From: Octopus bimaculoides
Lineage: Eukaryota
Reading direction: 5' to 3'
Assembly: GCF_001194135.2 (NCBI RefSeq)
Contig: NC_068999.1
Coordinates: forward strand, 25,330,395-25,394,394
Length of the DNA stretch: 64,000 nucleotides
A program made the translations under genes and the position numbers. Below the pieces are notes generated by a model, which worked only from the letters and a program-made list of their open reading frames with translations, did not search any database and was not told the DNA's origin. Numbering within the stretch: position 1 is the first letter of the stretch; every line of letters starts with the position of its first letter. Positions 40,346-52,437 of this stretch are shown here, piece by piece.

Positions 40346-41212
40346 ATTCATTAAGAATTAGAATCACTTTTTTGAGAGCTTTGAGTTCTTAAAGTGTGAT
40401 AAAATTCAAGACTAATCAGGGAATATGTCCAGAAAGTTACAGGAATTCCAGTTCAGTGTGAAATGGATGTGATGGTTTCATGAAAATGTGGAAAGTTACG
40501 AGATGAAATGGGGAGTGGGTAAATGTCTGTCATCAAAACTAATCCTACCAGTACTTGATCTCTGATTTATTTTAACTTGCTACCTAATTCAAATATTACA
40601 AGAGATAATCTTCTCTGAAATTCTTTCCTCTGATGCAAACTTTGTGAAGCAGAAAGTGTTGAATTATAATTTTTTTTTTTTTCATATGATGGACTCTATA
40701 AGAGAGGACTGACACAGTCTATAAACTGCCAAGATGTGTTTTTATATTAAAACTATTAATGACTTGATTAAAATTTATAGAATATTTGTAAGAGAAAAAA
40801 AGAATATATATCTTAAGCATTAGCAATTACTCATAGACTTTTTGTCAACATGAAAAAGAAAGTCATCTTGAGAAAGATTTGAACTCAGAAACTTCTTTCT
40901 GAATCAACTCTTTTGTAGGCAATGTTTTCACCAAACAAATTATTCACCAAAAAATAGTTTATATAGATATATCAGTGCAGTTGATGAAATCTTGCTGGTT
41001 TATTTAGAGCATACTGTGAGCTACTACTTTTTGACTAGGCTTATAAGATCCAATATTATAAGGAAAGAGGAAATTAGAATTAAAATTTCAATTCATTTCC
41101 CAGAACATTAATGGTGTAAATGAAATGAAATGGCTTCAGCAAATATGGGAATTGCATAGCAATTTCTGTTTTCCTGTGCAAGCCAGTAATAAGAATTATT
41201 TTCTACTTTATA

Positions 41213-41378
41213 ATATTGGTTTCAAATTTTGGCACAAGGCCAGAAAGTTTGGCCAAAGGGTTAAGTTGATTACATCAACTCTAGTGCTTGACTGGTACTT
41301 ATTTTACCAACCCTGAAAGGTTGAAATTTAAAGTTGACCTCAGCAGAATTTGAACTCAAAATATTGATAGACAAATAT
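41213..41378 (-). mobile_element. Meta-domain-like SINE, CpG-decayed
   Basis: AAAGTTGACCTCAGCAGAATTTGAACTC versus the CpG-intact copy at about 14995-15025. Confidence 0.75.
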
Positions 41379-42643
41379 CTCTTTCCCTCAGCCAATTATT
41401 GACATTTATCATCACTAAAATCCCACGATTTCTCTCTGTATTGGTCATCGATCACCTCTGTGTCATACCAACTGAGTAGAATACAATATATGTCCATTGT
41501 TTACGGTAGCTAACATTAAAGCCAGGATCCTCTGCATCATCTTCATCTTCTCAAAATTATTTGGCTGATTTTATTGGAACTGTTTCCTTTGCTTGAATTT
41601 TTTTGATTTTAGACACTTTTAAAGGGAACTTTTGTCTACAAATTGCATAGATAGTTAACTGAAATTTTTCCACTCACTAAATTGCATTTGAAAAATTCTA
41701 TCCACACGCAGGGATGTTCACCAAAGTTTAGCCATAAGGCTTAGTTTTAAAAGAAACATGAGAGGTATAGTTCATTAAAAAACAAGTTTTATTTATTTCA
41801 TAAATCCCAAAAGGAAATGTCATTCCAGGTAGGATATGAACTCAATACTGTAATATATGAAAACAGATGCCATAAATTATTAAATTTGCCATTCTACTGT
41901 CTCAGCCATTTACATGCTACATTTATCCCACTTGTAAAATATTATTTGATAGAAAACATTAGCTATGAGGCATACAGCTGAAACATGCTATTACCCAAGA
42001 AATACTGGTTAGGATATAAACATGAAAATATAAAGTAGCAATTATTTAATGACAACTACTCAGAGGTAGATAACTCTACACAATATAATCAGTAAGTATC
42101 TTGATAAAATAATTCATCCACACTATTAGATGAAACTGAGCTCAATACTATGATGCAAATCTTTTTTTTTTTTTTACTTCAACAAGAATTAAAATAGTTG
42201 CAAAGTTAAAGTGTTGACCGACTGTTAATATGGTCATATGCTTTGTGTTTTCCTAGGCAAGATATATATTACTTGCTTACTACTCACTTTTCCTGTATAG
42301 AAAGGTGATGACAACAGTCATGAGAAGCTAGCTGAAGCATCTTTTTCATAGTGCTAGGAAAATTTCTACTTTGTTGTTGTCATAAATAAAATGAATCTTC
42401 AAATGAAGAGTGTTTGGAATAAGAAATTAAGTATAAAATAGTTTGATAAGAAATCATTATCCAACTGTACAAGCTAGGGACAAATGTCTACTGTTATAGA
42501 AATTGGCTTAATGAAAGCAAGTACAAAGCTATTAAAAGCTACGCTTGACTTTCATTTAGCAGAAAATATATGTTTACACACACACACACACACACATACA
42601 GAGCAATGGCTAAATATATGTTTATTAAAAATATGTATATGAC

Positions 42644-42679
<36 letters not shown>

Positions 42680-42689
42680 NNNNNNNNNN

Positions 42690-42724
<35 letters not shown>

Positions 42725-42733
<9 letters not shown>

Positions 42734-42960
42734 CAGCAGCAGCAACATTAATGCCCCCTTTTCAGGCTGGCTTTGGTTGGATGGTTCAACAAGAACAGAG
42801 GAGCAAAAAGCCCCCCCCCCACTCCACCTAGTTTTATGTCTATTTTGGCATGGTTTCTATTTGTGGATGCCCTTCCTAATGCCAACCACTTGGCACAGTG
42901 CACGGGGGGCGGATTTTTACATTGCACTGACACCAGTGAGGTTATCAAGTACCTACAAGA
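42725..42960 (-). mobile_element. RTE-related 3' end (degenerate)
   Basis: GGATGCCCTTCCTAATGCCAAC motif shared with 5150-5175 and 30740-30770. Confidence 0.6.
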
Positions 42961-43354
42961 TAAGACCCCTCAACTGAGTGGGGAAATGGTCTGGAGGAAT
43001 AAGAATCTATGATAGAGAGAGAGGAGCAGGTGTCTTGGTGAAGGGGTGAATATATGGAATGCCTCCTTGGGAAGAGACAGAAAGAGAGAGAGAAAGAGAT
43101 GTGAGGTCCAGGTACAATGTGAATATGAGACAGGATAGGTAAGAAGAACAGAACAGTAAGTAAGTGCACTGAATGAAAATAGTGTGACTGATGATTAAAA
43201 ATAAGGAAGGAGTTGGATGCAGAAGATACCAGTTCAGTGTAGGAAGAAGTGAAGGAAATAGGATGACACAAGATTGATGAAAGAATGGGTGTCAGAAGAT
43301 GAGTTGTGGGGAAAGGTTTGACAGGACCTCAATTTTGCTGAGATGGATGGGTTT

Positions 43355-43900
43355 TCTCAAGCACAGCAATAATGCCATTCATCTTGGTCTCCTGACTTCA
43401 ACATCTTGAGGTCAGTCTTCATCACTTTGTTCCTTGATCTTCCTCTTCCACAGATTCCTTCCATGTTTAGTGATTGGCACTTCTTTATACAACTGTTTAC
43501 ATCCATTTGCATTACACGACCATACCAGTGCAGTGTTCTCCCCTGCACATCATATCTAATACCTTTTATGCCCAATTTTTCTCTCAGCACATTTGTACTT
43601 TGTGTGTACATCCATCAGAGTATACCAGTTTCATTTCTTTCAAGTCTTTGCATGTTCTCTGCATTCACAACCCAAGTTTTACAGCCATTGCTGTATGTAC
43701 ATAGGCACCATGCAATCTGCCTTTCATTCTGAGAGAGAGTGGCCTTTGTTACCAAGAGTGGTGAAAGCTTTCTGAACTTTCTCCAGCCAGTTTGTATTCT
43801 AGCAACTATACTTCAGAGTGTCCTCCCCCACTGCTAATTAAATCAGCTGGATAAGAGAAACTATTTGCCACTTCTAGGGCACCCCCTGGGCATTTCCGAC
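43355..43900 (-). mobile_element. Degenerate RTE LINE ORF C-terminus
   Basis: VLREKLGIKGIR...LHWYGRVMQMDVNSCIKKCQSLNMEGICGRGR, homologous to the 29862 copy. Confidence 0.85.
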
Positions 43901-46900
43901 TATTTCCTCATCCTCTTATTATTTATTATGTGTGTTTGTAATATACACATACACACTATATGTATGCATAGATTTTCAAATATATATACATATTAAGAAA
44001 CATTAACAATGTCCCATACAAAAATGGAAGCTAATGAAGCAGAAAAATCTTGATTTTATACATTGATCAGAATTCTACAAAGGTATTTATATTATCTTCC
44101 ATTCATCCCAGGTCAATAAAATAAATAGTATAGGTAAACAAAATTAGCTTTGTCCCGCAATGAAATGATTATTTTAAAAATATTTTTATCCTGAAGGCAT
44201 AGTTTTCAAGCTAGAAAAAATAAGAACATATTAAGCCGAGTTCAAGACAAGTAAATATAATATCAGGTGCCAATGGAACTAATTTATTTGCAAACTAGAG
44301 ATATTAAATATAGTTTCAATTTTAAATTATATCTAATATAACCAACATATTCAGATGAATAATTAAACCAAGTTGAAAATGTGATACAAAACCTTTAACT
44401 TTCCCACAGACAAGAAATCTCTTAAAAGGTGTTTTATTCTTCTCGACAGAACCTATTTATCTCAAAGTAGTATTCCAGCATCTCTAGAAACACAACAAAT
44501 CAAACACTAAAAAAAAGGGAAAAAAAGAAAACTAGTCTTTAACCCTTTCTGATACAAACATACCTGAAACCATTCCTAGTTCTATGTTACAGACTTCCTA
44601 TTTTGAAGTGTTTTAAATTAAAACCTACCATTAAAATTTCATGCTAATTTAATTTCCAAACATCTGCTTAATAATAATTATTATTTTACTAAATTCTTCA
44701 TTGTTTTCAAAATTGCTTGAAACAAAGACATTTCAGACAGATTCTTTGCCTATTATCATAGACATTCTTTTAACCAATAAATAATTATATTTTTCTGATG
44801 GTTTTCATTTTACATTATATCAGTCATCCACTTTCAATTTGCCTGAAATATTTTGCTTGGACTGCTATATTTTCCTCCAGAATAGTTTAAAATATTCAAT
44901 CTGTATTTAGTTCAAATACTTGAGTCAAACCTAAACATACAGGTGTATACACTCAAGCATACACTCAAGATTTTTCTAAACAAATCAACTGCAATCAATG
45001 ACTGATTAATATAATTTCTTTTCTATTTTTCTTTTTGCTACAAGTATTTTGCATTTAATTTTTAAGCATTATTTTTATTGTTCTCTAAGTTTGAATTAAT
45101 AGATGATAGGAGGATAACAACTGAAAGATTTTAAGCAGAGGAATATTTAAAATAAAAGACTCTCAAAAGATGTTTTTGAAGGGCAACTTTCTTAATCTTG
45201 TGGGTATCACTGATAATTCATTTATTGTAATTAAATTTTACTAATGAGTTTAGATTTTCATTTATGAATATGTTTCTTTCCAAGAAAGTTGGAAAATGAA
45301 TGTTTTTAAAAAACTCTGCATAGTTGATATTTGTGAATATTTTATTTTATGTGACGAAGGAAAAGGGAAATACTTATACTGATGAAGAAATCACTAAACT
45401 TAGCTTTAAGGGAAAAGTTAATAGTATGTCTCATGGGAGTTATCAAGTCTATGTGTGTTATATCTTTAATATCATGTCATTACTTCAAAGACTTATGGAA
45501 TGGATCTTATATAATTGAAATATTTGCATACATTGTTGATACAAGATTTATTTTCCTCCAACCTGAAGACTTCTCATTCTAACATCATGAGATAATAGAA
45601 GCATCTTGAAATATAGAATGGTTGGCAGATGCAGGCAAATAAAGAATTCTCAAAACTTGAAATTAGCCTCCTACCTAATCTCTCATTAACCAAATAAAGT
45701 CATTAATGTTCATAGTATTGAAGAAGGTACTAATAAACATAACATGAAGCAGATGGAATATATGAAAGTAATGTGAAAAATATGTTTTCAGTGAAATTTC
45801 AGTTGTAGTTTGGAAAAAGCAATGATAACAATGCCATATTGCACATTAATAAAGCTTGTATTCAGCTGGCATTATGATAATATTTATATGATATTTACTT
45901 ATTTCTTTAACATACCCAGTATTCCAATGTTTATTTAAGCTATTGATAACCAAACAATTTATGATAGCATTAAATGATGATAAATTGAGTTAAGTCAGTA
46001 TTTAAAGTAATATTTAACAAATTGACAACATAACACTCACTAAATAAAGCCAACATCACAGATGAAAAACTGCCAGATTTTAAACAAAGTCTCTTATGAT
46101 TGCAAGTCTACATTTTTAGATAAGTTATTATTGCAGGATAGCTTTCTTTGCTTTAAACCATCAGTCTCCTCTTTTGTGTTTCTGACTATATTATCTTTTA
46201 GTTGATATATATTATCAATATCACATACATCATTCAATATGTGATATCAATAATGTTTACATTACTGAGCTACTTCTTACACTAAATATGTATATATCTT
46301 TTATCTTTTACTTATTTCAATCATTAGACTATGCTCATGCTGGGGTACCACCTTGAAGAATTATAGTCCAACAAACCAATCCCAGTACTTATTTTATATA
46401 TAAATATATATCTTAAAACAAAAGCTAGAGTTTTTATTTCTAACGTAAAATTCAATACTCTTAAACACTAGACTTCTGGTAAGAGCATTGAGTTCAATCT
46501 TACTTAAATGTATGAATGTATAGAGAAATATACCATCTGATACAGTGGAATAGTCTGTTAGTAATATGGTGCAGTCATAGTAAACAGCTACTCACCACCC
46601 TCCAAAAAATGCATTCTTATAAGCTAACATGTTGTTCAAATAAGCTATTTCAAAACTTGTTTTATATTATGATAGCAACTCACTGTCTGGTTATTCAGTG
46701 AATGGTTACCTGTATTTACCTGCTTTTAAACACCTAACACTGCTTATATTTAATTTTGTGCTATTTTTTCTGTAGTTATTTGTTACACTGATAATGAGAT
46801 ACAAAGTTGCAGATCCACCAGAAGCATAGTGGTGAGAATAATGCAATAATTTATTCACCTTTGATCAGTGTGTAACGATGTTGCTGGTATTAAGATGTCT

Positions 46901-47957
46901 TTTCCTTTATGAATTATTAACTATATAGAGATCGAGCAGCAAATTCTTTAGGAAAAGGAAATGTGAATTTCTGTATAAAATATATTTTAATTCTAACAAA
47001 CTTCTGTCCTATATCTTGTCAAATGAAACTGAAATTCTGTCCTATATTTTGTCAAATAAATCTTTCATACAGATTAACATTTTTTTATCTGTAATCAATT
47101 GAACTGAACTACAAATCATTATTGAAATCTCCTCAACTAAAACATTCTAGTAAGAAGAAAATATTATTTAAGTGTGCCTATGTGTTAATTTATTCATTTT
47201 CATGTTCTTTTAGATAATTTAATCTTCAAAACTAAAGCAATCCGATTATGAATAACCTTATACTTCAATATTTTTGTCATCTTATATTTACTAAGCTCTA
47301 ATCTTTATTCATAAACATACACTTTTCCTCTCTTGGGTCCTTAAAAAGTAATCACTAATCATTAAGGAGTCCAAAAAATATGGCGTCTAACTGACAAGCA
47401 AGCAAACATGAGAAACTTATTGTACTCATTAGCCAAAATTAATTACACAACTTAATACCATTATTTCTAGGTTAGAGACTATCACAAACAATTAAATAGC
47501 TAATTTTTGTTTTATAATCTTGGCAACATTCCACACATAAAGGCTTATGTTTCCATCAAAATATGATACCCTACACTTTAATATTTTTGCCATCTTATAT
47601 TTACTAACCTCTAATCTATAAATTAAGTCTTTTGAACAGATGTAATAGATTTCATATTAACAGTGAGTAGCTGACATTTTTAAAAACTAGTAAATTAGTT
47701 AATGTGTCATAGAATGGTGAGAAGTTTCTGAAATGTGGTTTCAGTTCCAATTTGAGAAATTGCTCGCAAGTCACCCCTCTGCTTTTGATTGTTGACACCT
47801 GACACTAACAAAATCTGCAAATTCTTTGGAGTGTAACAAAATCAATTTGAGGATTTGCTGCATCTAAGAAGTCAATTTAAAAAAAAAATGCTCTCCCTCT
47901 CTCTCTCTCTCCCGTTTTCTATCTAGCTAGCTAACAATATGTCTCAATTGTGTTTGT

Positions 47958-47960
47958 GTG

Positions 47961-47992
<32 letters not shown>

Positions 47993-48971
47993 TGCATATA
48001 TATACATTCACACATATATATATATACATACATATATATATATACATATATATATATATACATACATATATATATACATTCATATATATACATACATATA
48101 TATACATATATACATACATATATATACATATACATATATACATACATATACATATACATATATACATACATATATATACATATACATACATATATATACA
48201 TATATATATACATATATATACATATATATATACATATATATACATATATATATACATATATATACATATATATATACATATATATACATATNNNNNNNNN
48301 NNNNNNNNNNNNNNNNNNNNNNNNNNNNNNNNNNNNNNNNNNNNNNNNNNNNNNNNNNNNNNNNNNNNNNNNNNNNNNNNNNNNNNNNNNNNNNNNNNNN
48401 NNNNNNNNNNNNNNNNNNNNNNNNNNNNNNNNNNNNNNNNNNNNNNNNNNNNNNNNNNNNNNNNNNNNNNNNNNNNNNNNNNNNNNNNNNNNNNNNNNNN
48501 NNNNNNNNNNNNNNNNNNNNNNNNNNNNNNNNNNNNNNNNNNNNNNNNNNNNNNNNNNNNNNNNNNNNNNNNNNNNNNNNNNNNNNNNNNNNNNNNNNNN
48601 NNNNNNNNNNNNNNNNNNNNNNNNNNNNNNNNNNNNNNNNNNNNNNNNNNNNNNNNNNNNNNNNNNNNNNNNNNNNNNNNNNNNNNNNNNNNNNNNNNNN
48701 NNNNNNNNNNNNNNNNNNNNNNNNNNNNNNNNNNNNNNNNNNNNNNNNNNNNNNNNNNNNNNNNNNNNNNNNNNNNNNNNNNNNNNNNNNNNNNNNNNNN
48801 NNNNNNNNNNNNNNNNNNNNNNNNNNNNNNNNNNNNNNNNNNNNNNNNNNNNNNNNNNNNNNNNNNNNNNNNNNNNNNNNNNNNNNNNNNNNNNNNNNNN
48901 NNNNNNNNNNNNNNNNNNNNNNNNNNNNNNNNNACATATATATATACATATATATATACATATATATATAC

Positions 48972-49012
<41 letters not shown>

Positions 49013-49144
49013 CATATATATATATACATATATATATATACATATATACATATACATATATATATATATACACATATATATATATACACATATATACATA
49101 TATATATATATATACACATATATACATATATATATATATACATA

Positions 49145-49193
<49 letters not shown>

Positions 49194-49232
49194 CTATATG
49201 CATATACATATATATATATACACATATATACA
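47958..49232. repeat. Long TA/TACA microsatellite around a 642-N gap
   Basis: Direct; source of the 400+ aa pseudo-ORFs. Confidence 0.95.
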
Positions 49233-49424
49233 CTTACTGTCAAGTGTCCCAGATGAACCAACTTCACAGCAGAAGTGGAAATGAGGGCAGCGCCATCAAA
49301 CTCCCACATGCATCAAGTGTTAATTTCTAAAAAGAATTTAATGAATTAAAATTATACAGTATCACCAAATGGTGGTGCCCCAGTATGGCCACAGCTCATA
49401 ACCTGAAACTAGATGAAATCAAAT

Positions 49425-49965
49425 CAAATTAGTCAGATCTGTTTGCTATTGTCCAATGGGTGGAAAAAAACAATATGCTTTTCAATGAAGATAAGTTTGA
49501 TTTGATCCACATTGGAAAAGAGGAAACTCTGAAATAACTATATGCTCTTCCCTTGGGTGACTCCCTAGTGTCATCCAACAACACCAGAGATCTTGGAGTA
49601 ATTGTTGATAACAATCTAAGCTGGAGTTCCCACGTAAACAGCAAGGCTGATTTGGCCCACAAGATGTACCCCAGGATTTTGAGAACTTTCCAGTCTAGAG
49701 ATGCCTACACCATCATCCTTCTCTACTCTACTTTTGCCCAACCTCACCTTGAATACTGTTGCCCACTGTGGTCTCCCCATATGAAGCAACTCATCATGAA
49801 AGTAGAAGCACTCCAGAGGTCAATAACAAGAAAGATAGATGGCATGAGAGGCATTCATTATTGGGGTCAACTAAAAAACTCAATCTCTACTCTCTCCAAC
49901 ACTGCCAGGAGCACTACATCACTTGTGTTATGTGGAAAATATTCCATCAATATTGCACATAACAT
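49425..49965 (+). mobile_element. CR1/L2-group LINE RT C-terminal fragment
   Basis: RDLGVIVDNNLSWSSHV...LLYSTFAQPHLEYCCPLWSPH...EALQRSITRKIDGM; other frame KLNLYSLQ. Confidence 0.88.
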
Positions 49966-50286
49966 TGCCGCCGCTAATGATGACTCCAAACACCATTATG
50001 TTGACTGGATGTTTGTATTTTATCACTCTTAGTACATGTCCTCAGTGATTGACACCCAAACACTTTGAAATGTTCATATTGGAGCTTCCGACATGAATAC
50101 CAAGCAGTGCACCATATCGTTTCCAAAATTCTGGATGAGTGAATTGCATCATGGTGCTGTTTTTCTCATAGACGGTACCCAACTGACCCTACTATACTTT
50201 GTAGTCAACAAAATCCAAATCAAACAATGCACATGCACGAAATTAAAAATATAAAATGGCAACAATTTACCCACCGAACCCTGCAT

Positions 50287-50365
<79 letters not shown>

Positions 50366-50613
50366 CATTATCATTTTGATGGCAACTTCTCCATGGTTGC
50401 ATATATATATATCATAGATTCTCTTGTGAAAGACAAATGAGAGTTCAGTAAAATAAAGTGGTAATGATGTTCTATGGACACGGATGTGTTGCTTGAGACC
50501 TGCTGGTGCTTTGCAAACCTTTTGGCAAATGGAACAATTTGAGGACTCAGTTTGCTTAAGAGCATATATATATGCATGTGTATGTGTGTGTGTGTGTGTG
50601 TNNNNNNNNNNAT

Positions 50614-50661
<48 letters not shown>

Positions 50662-50780
50662 CTTCTCACACACATACTCTATGAGGATGTCTTATTTTAT
50701 ATTATTTATTTAAATTTTTTTCATTTTGTGCTGGGCCAGTTTCATGGAAAAACTGGACTAGTATCAAATTTTAACATTTT

Positions 50781-50816
50781 CTTTTTTTTTTTTTTTTTTT
50801 TTTTTGACAGGTGAGT
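50781..50816 (+). promoter_or_regulatory. Candidate recursive splice (ratchet) site
   Basis: CT24 tract, then GACAG|GTGAGT with zero exon length (AG 50809-50810, GT 50811-50812). Confidence 0.35.
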
Positions 50817-51109
50817 ATTTCACTTTTCACCAAATCAAATTTAAATTCATTTCAGACTCATCTACATGAAACTGCTCCACATTACTTTTGATTTTAACAC
50901 TTTGTGCCTCAGACTCATCCACCATTCAATAAAAAAAACCAAAAAATGGTGGGAGCAAGTTGCTCCATTTGTACCATTTCTCTTCACAAGAAAACTTTAT
51001 ATTTTGGAAATTTTGGGAGGTCAGGATTTCAAATAAAGGATTATCAAATGTAATGTCAAAATTAGATAACATGCTTCATAATTCAAATAAATAGGAAAAT
51101 TTGACTTAC

Positions 51110-51172
51110 CTTTGTTCCATTGCAGCCAGGTGCACCCATATCTCCTTTGCTTCCTTCCAGTCCTAAAAGACC
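51110..51172 (-). CDS. Internal exon of a type IV collagen alpha chain (7S region)
   Basis: ttgattattaatttcag|GGT CTT TTA GGA CTG GAA GGA AGC AAA GGA GAT ATG GGT GCA CCT GGC TGC AAT GGA ACA AAG|gtaagt. Seven perfect Gly-X-Y triplets, phase 0/0, with the collagen IV GCNGTK Cys/N-glycosylation motif. Chain identity not assignable. Confidence 0.85.
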
Positions 51173-52124
51173 CTGAAATTAATAATCAAAATCAAATTAG
51201 TGAGTACATGATACTTTTGTTGTTAAAGTGAAGTTAGTAATCATTGCTAATCTTAATATAGTTTATATTCTCTAAAAGAAATTTAATGTTATGTTATCCT
51301 ATTCAAACTATGGTAACATTTAATATCATTGGTTTCTGAATAGAATTAAATCATATTTATTGATATAATATAATTAGAAACATGAAACAAACAATTAAAA
51401 TTTCAAATTTTAAGTTTTGATGAATGACCATAATTCTCAGGAGTTAGAAAAACAATTGAATTTCATATTCCAATCAGAAATGATAAGTGTATCCAACAGT
51501 TAAGTGGGGGAATAAAGAGATTTTGTTTTGGTGATATGTAGAAAACAGTTTACAGCTTGAACCAATTTTATCACTAGTTTGACCCATCAGAGTTTTATAT
51601 ATATTTAGAAGTTTGTTTGTTATGGCAGGTCAGAGAATGACCATTGGTTTCAAACCTATAATGCGCTTAGCAGTGCAGGCAACTCATCAGGAGTTGAGTT
51701 TGACAAGTTGCCTATACAGTTAAGTGCTTTATATGTGTGAAATCAATGGTCACTCCCTGACCAGCCATAACAAACAACTTCCTAAATATACTTCTGTTCT
51801 AATGTTTTAGAGTGTGCTTCTTTTTTGGATGAATGAATTACTGACCAATATATATATATATATATACAAATGCCTACAGAAATTTTCATGAACTCATGCT
51901 GGCAGAGACAGACATGAACTGTTGAGCAGTTAACCACACTGTGAGAAAAAACAGCCAAATCTTCCTACAATCTTGAAAGAAGGACATCTTGAACAGTGTA
52001 GTCTCTGACATGTTAAAAGATACTAACCTTAGTGCTTTAAGGAAGAAATCATTTGGCAACTGTGAACATGTTTCTATATATGCCTTAGTTATTGTTTAGT
52101 CTTTCTGCTTTGAAGACCTTAGGG

Positions 52125-52437
52125 CAGTGTTTCCAATCCTATTTTCCCCCAGACTCCACAATAAATTTGCAGAAAAATGTATGCCCCACCAATGCTTGGA
52201 AAAAAAAACAACTTTATTTTTAATATTTTATCACAATTATTTAAAACAAAAGAATCTACCAGTAACTCTTTTATTAGGTACTGAGTACAAAAACAAAAGT
52301 ACATTATTGACTAAGAAAAATAAAACAAGTGAATCACTTTAATGAGAACCATGTGCTTGGTGACTATGATACCACACCTCACTAGAATTTTCCCAGGCCC
52401 CACCAGTGGAGCATATGCCCCATGTTGAGGATCACTG
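52125..52437. mobile_element. hAT MITE
   Basis: CAGTG...CACTG termini; 8-bp TSD CCTTAGGG / CCTTGGAG. Confidence 0.7.

Noticed and set aside
47931-49330. Very long ORFs (400+ aa) of Y/I/H/T/M/C/V
   Set aside because: Translations of TA/TACA microsatellites and N-gaps; the same applies to ORFs at 730-1050, 37258-37884, 60245-60627 and 62423-63191.
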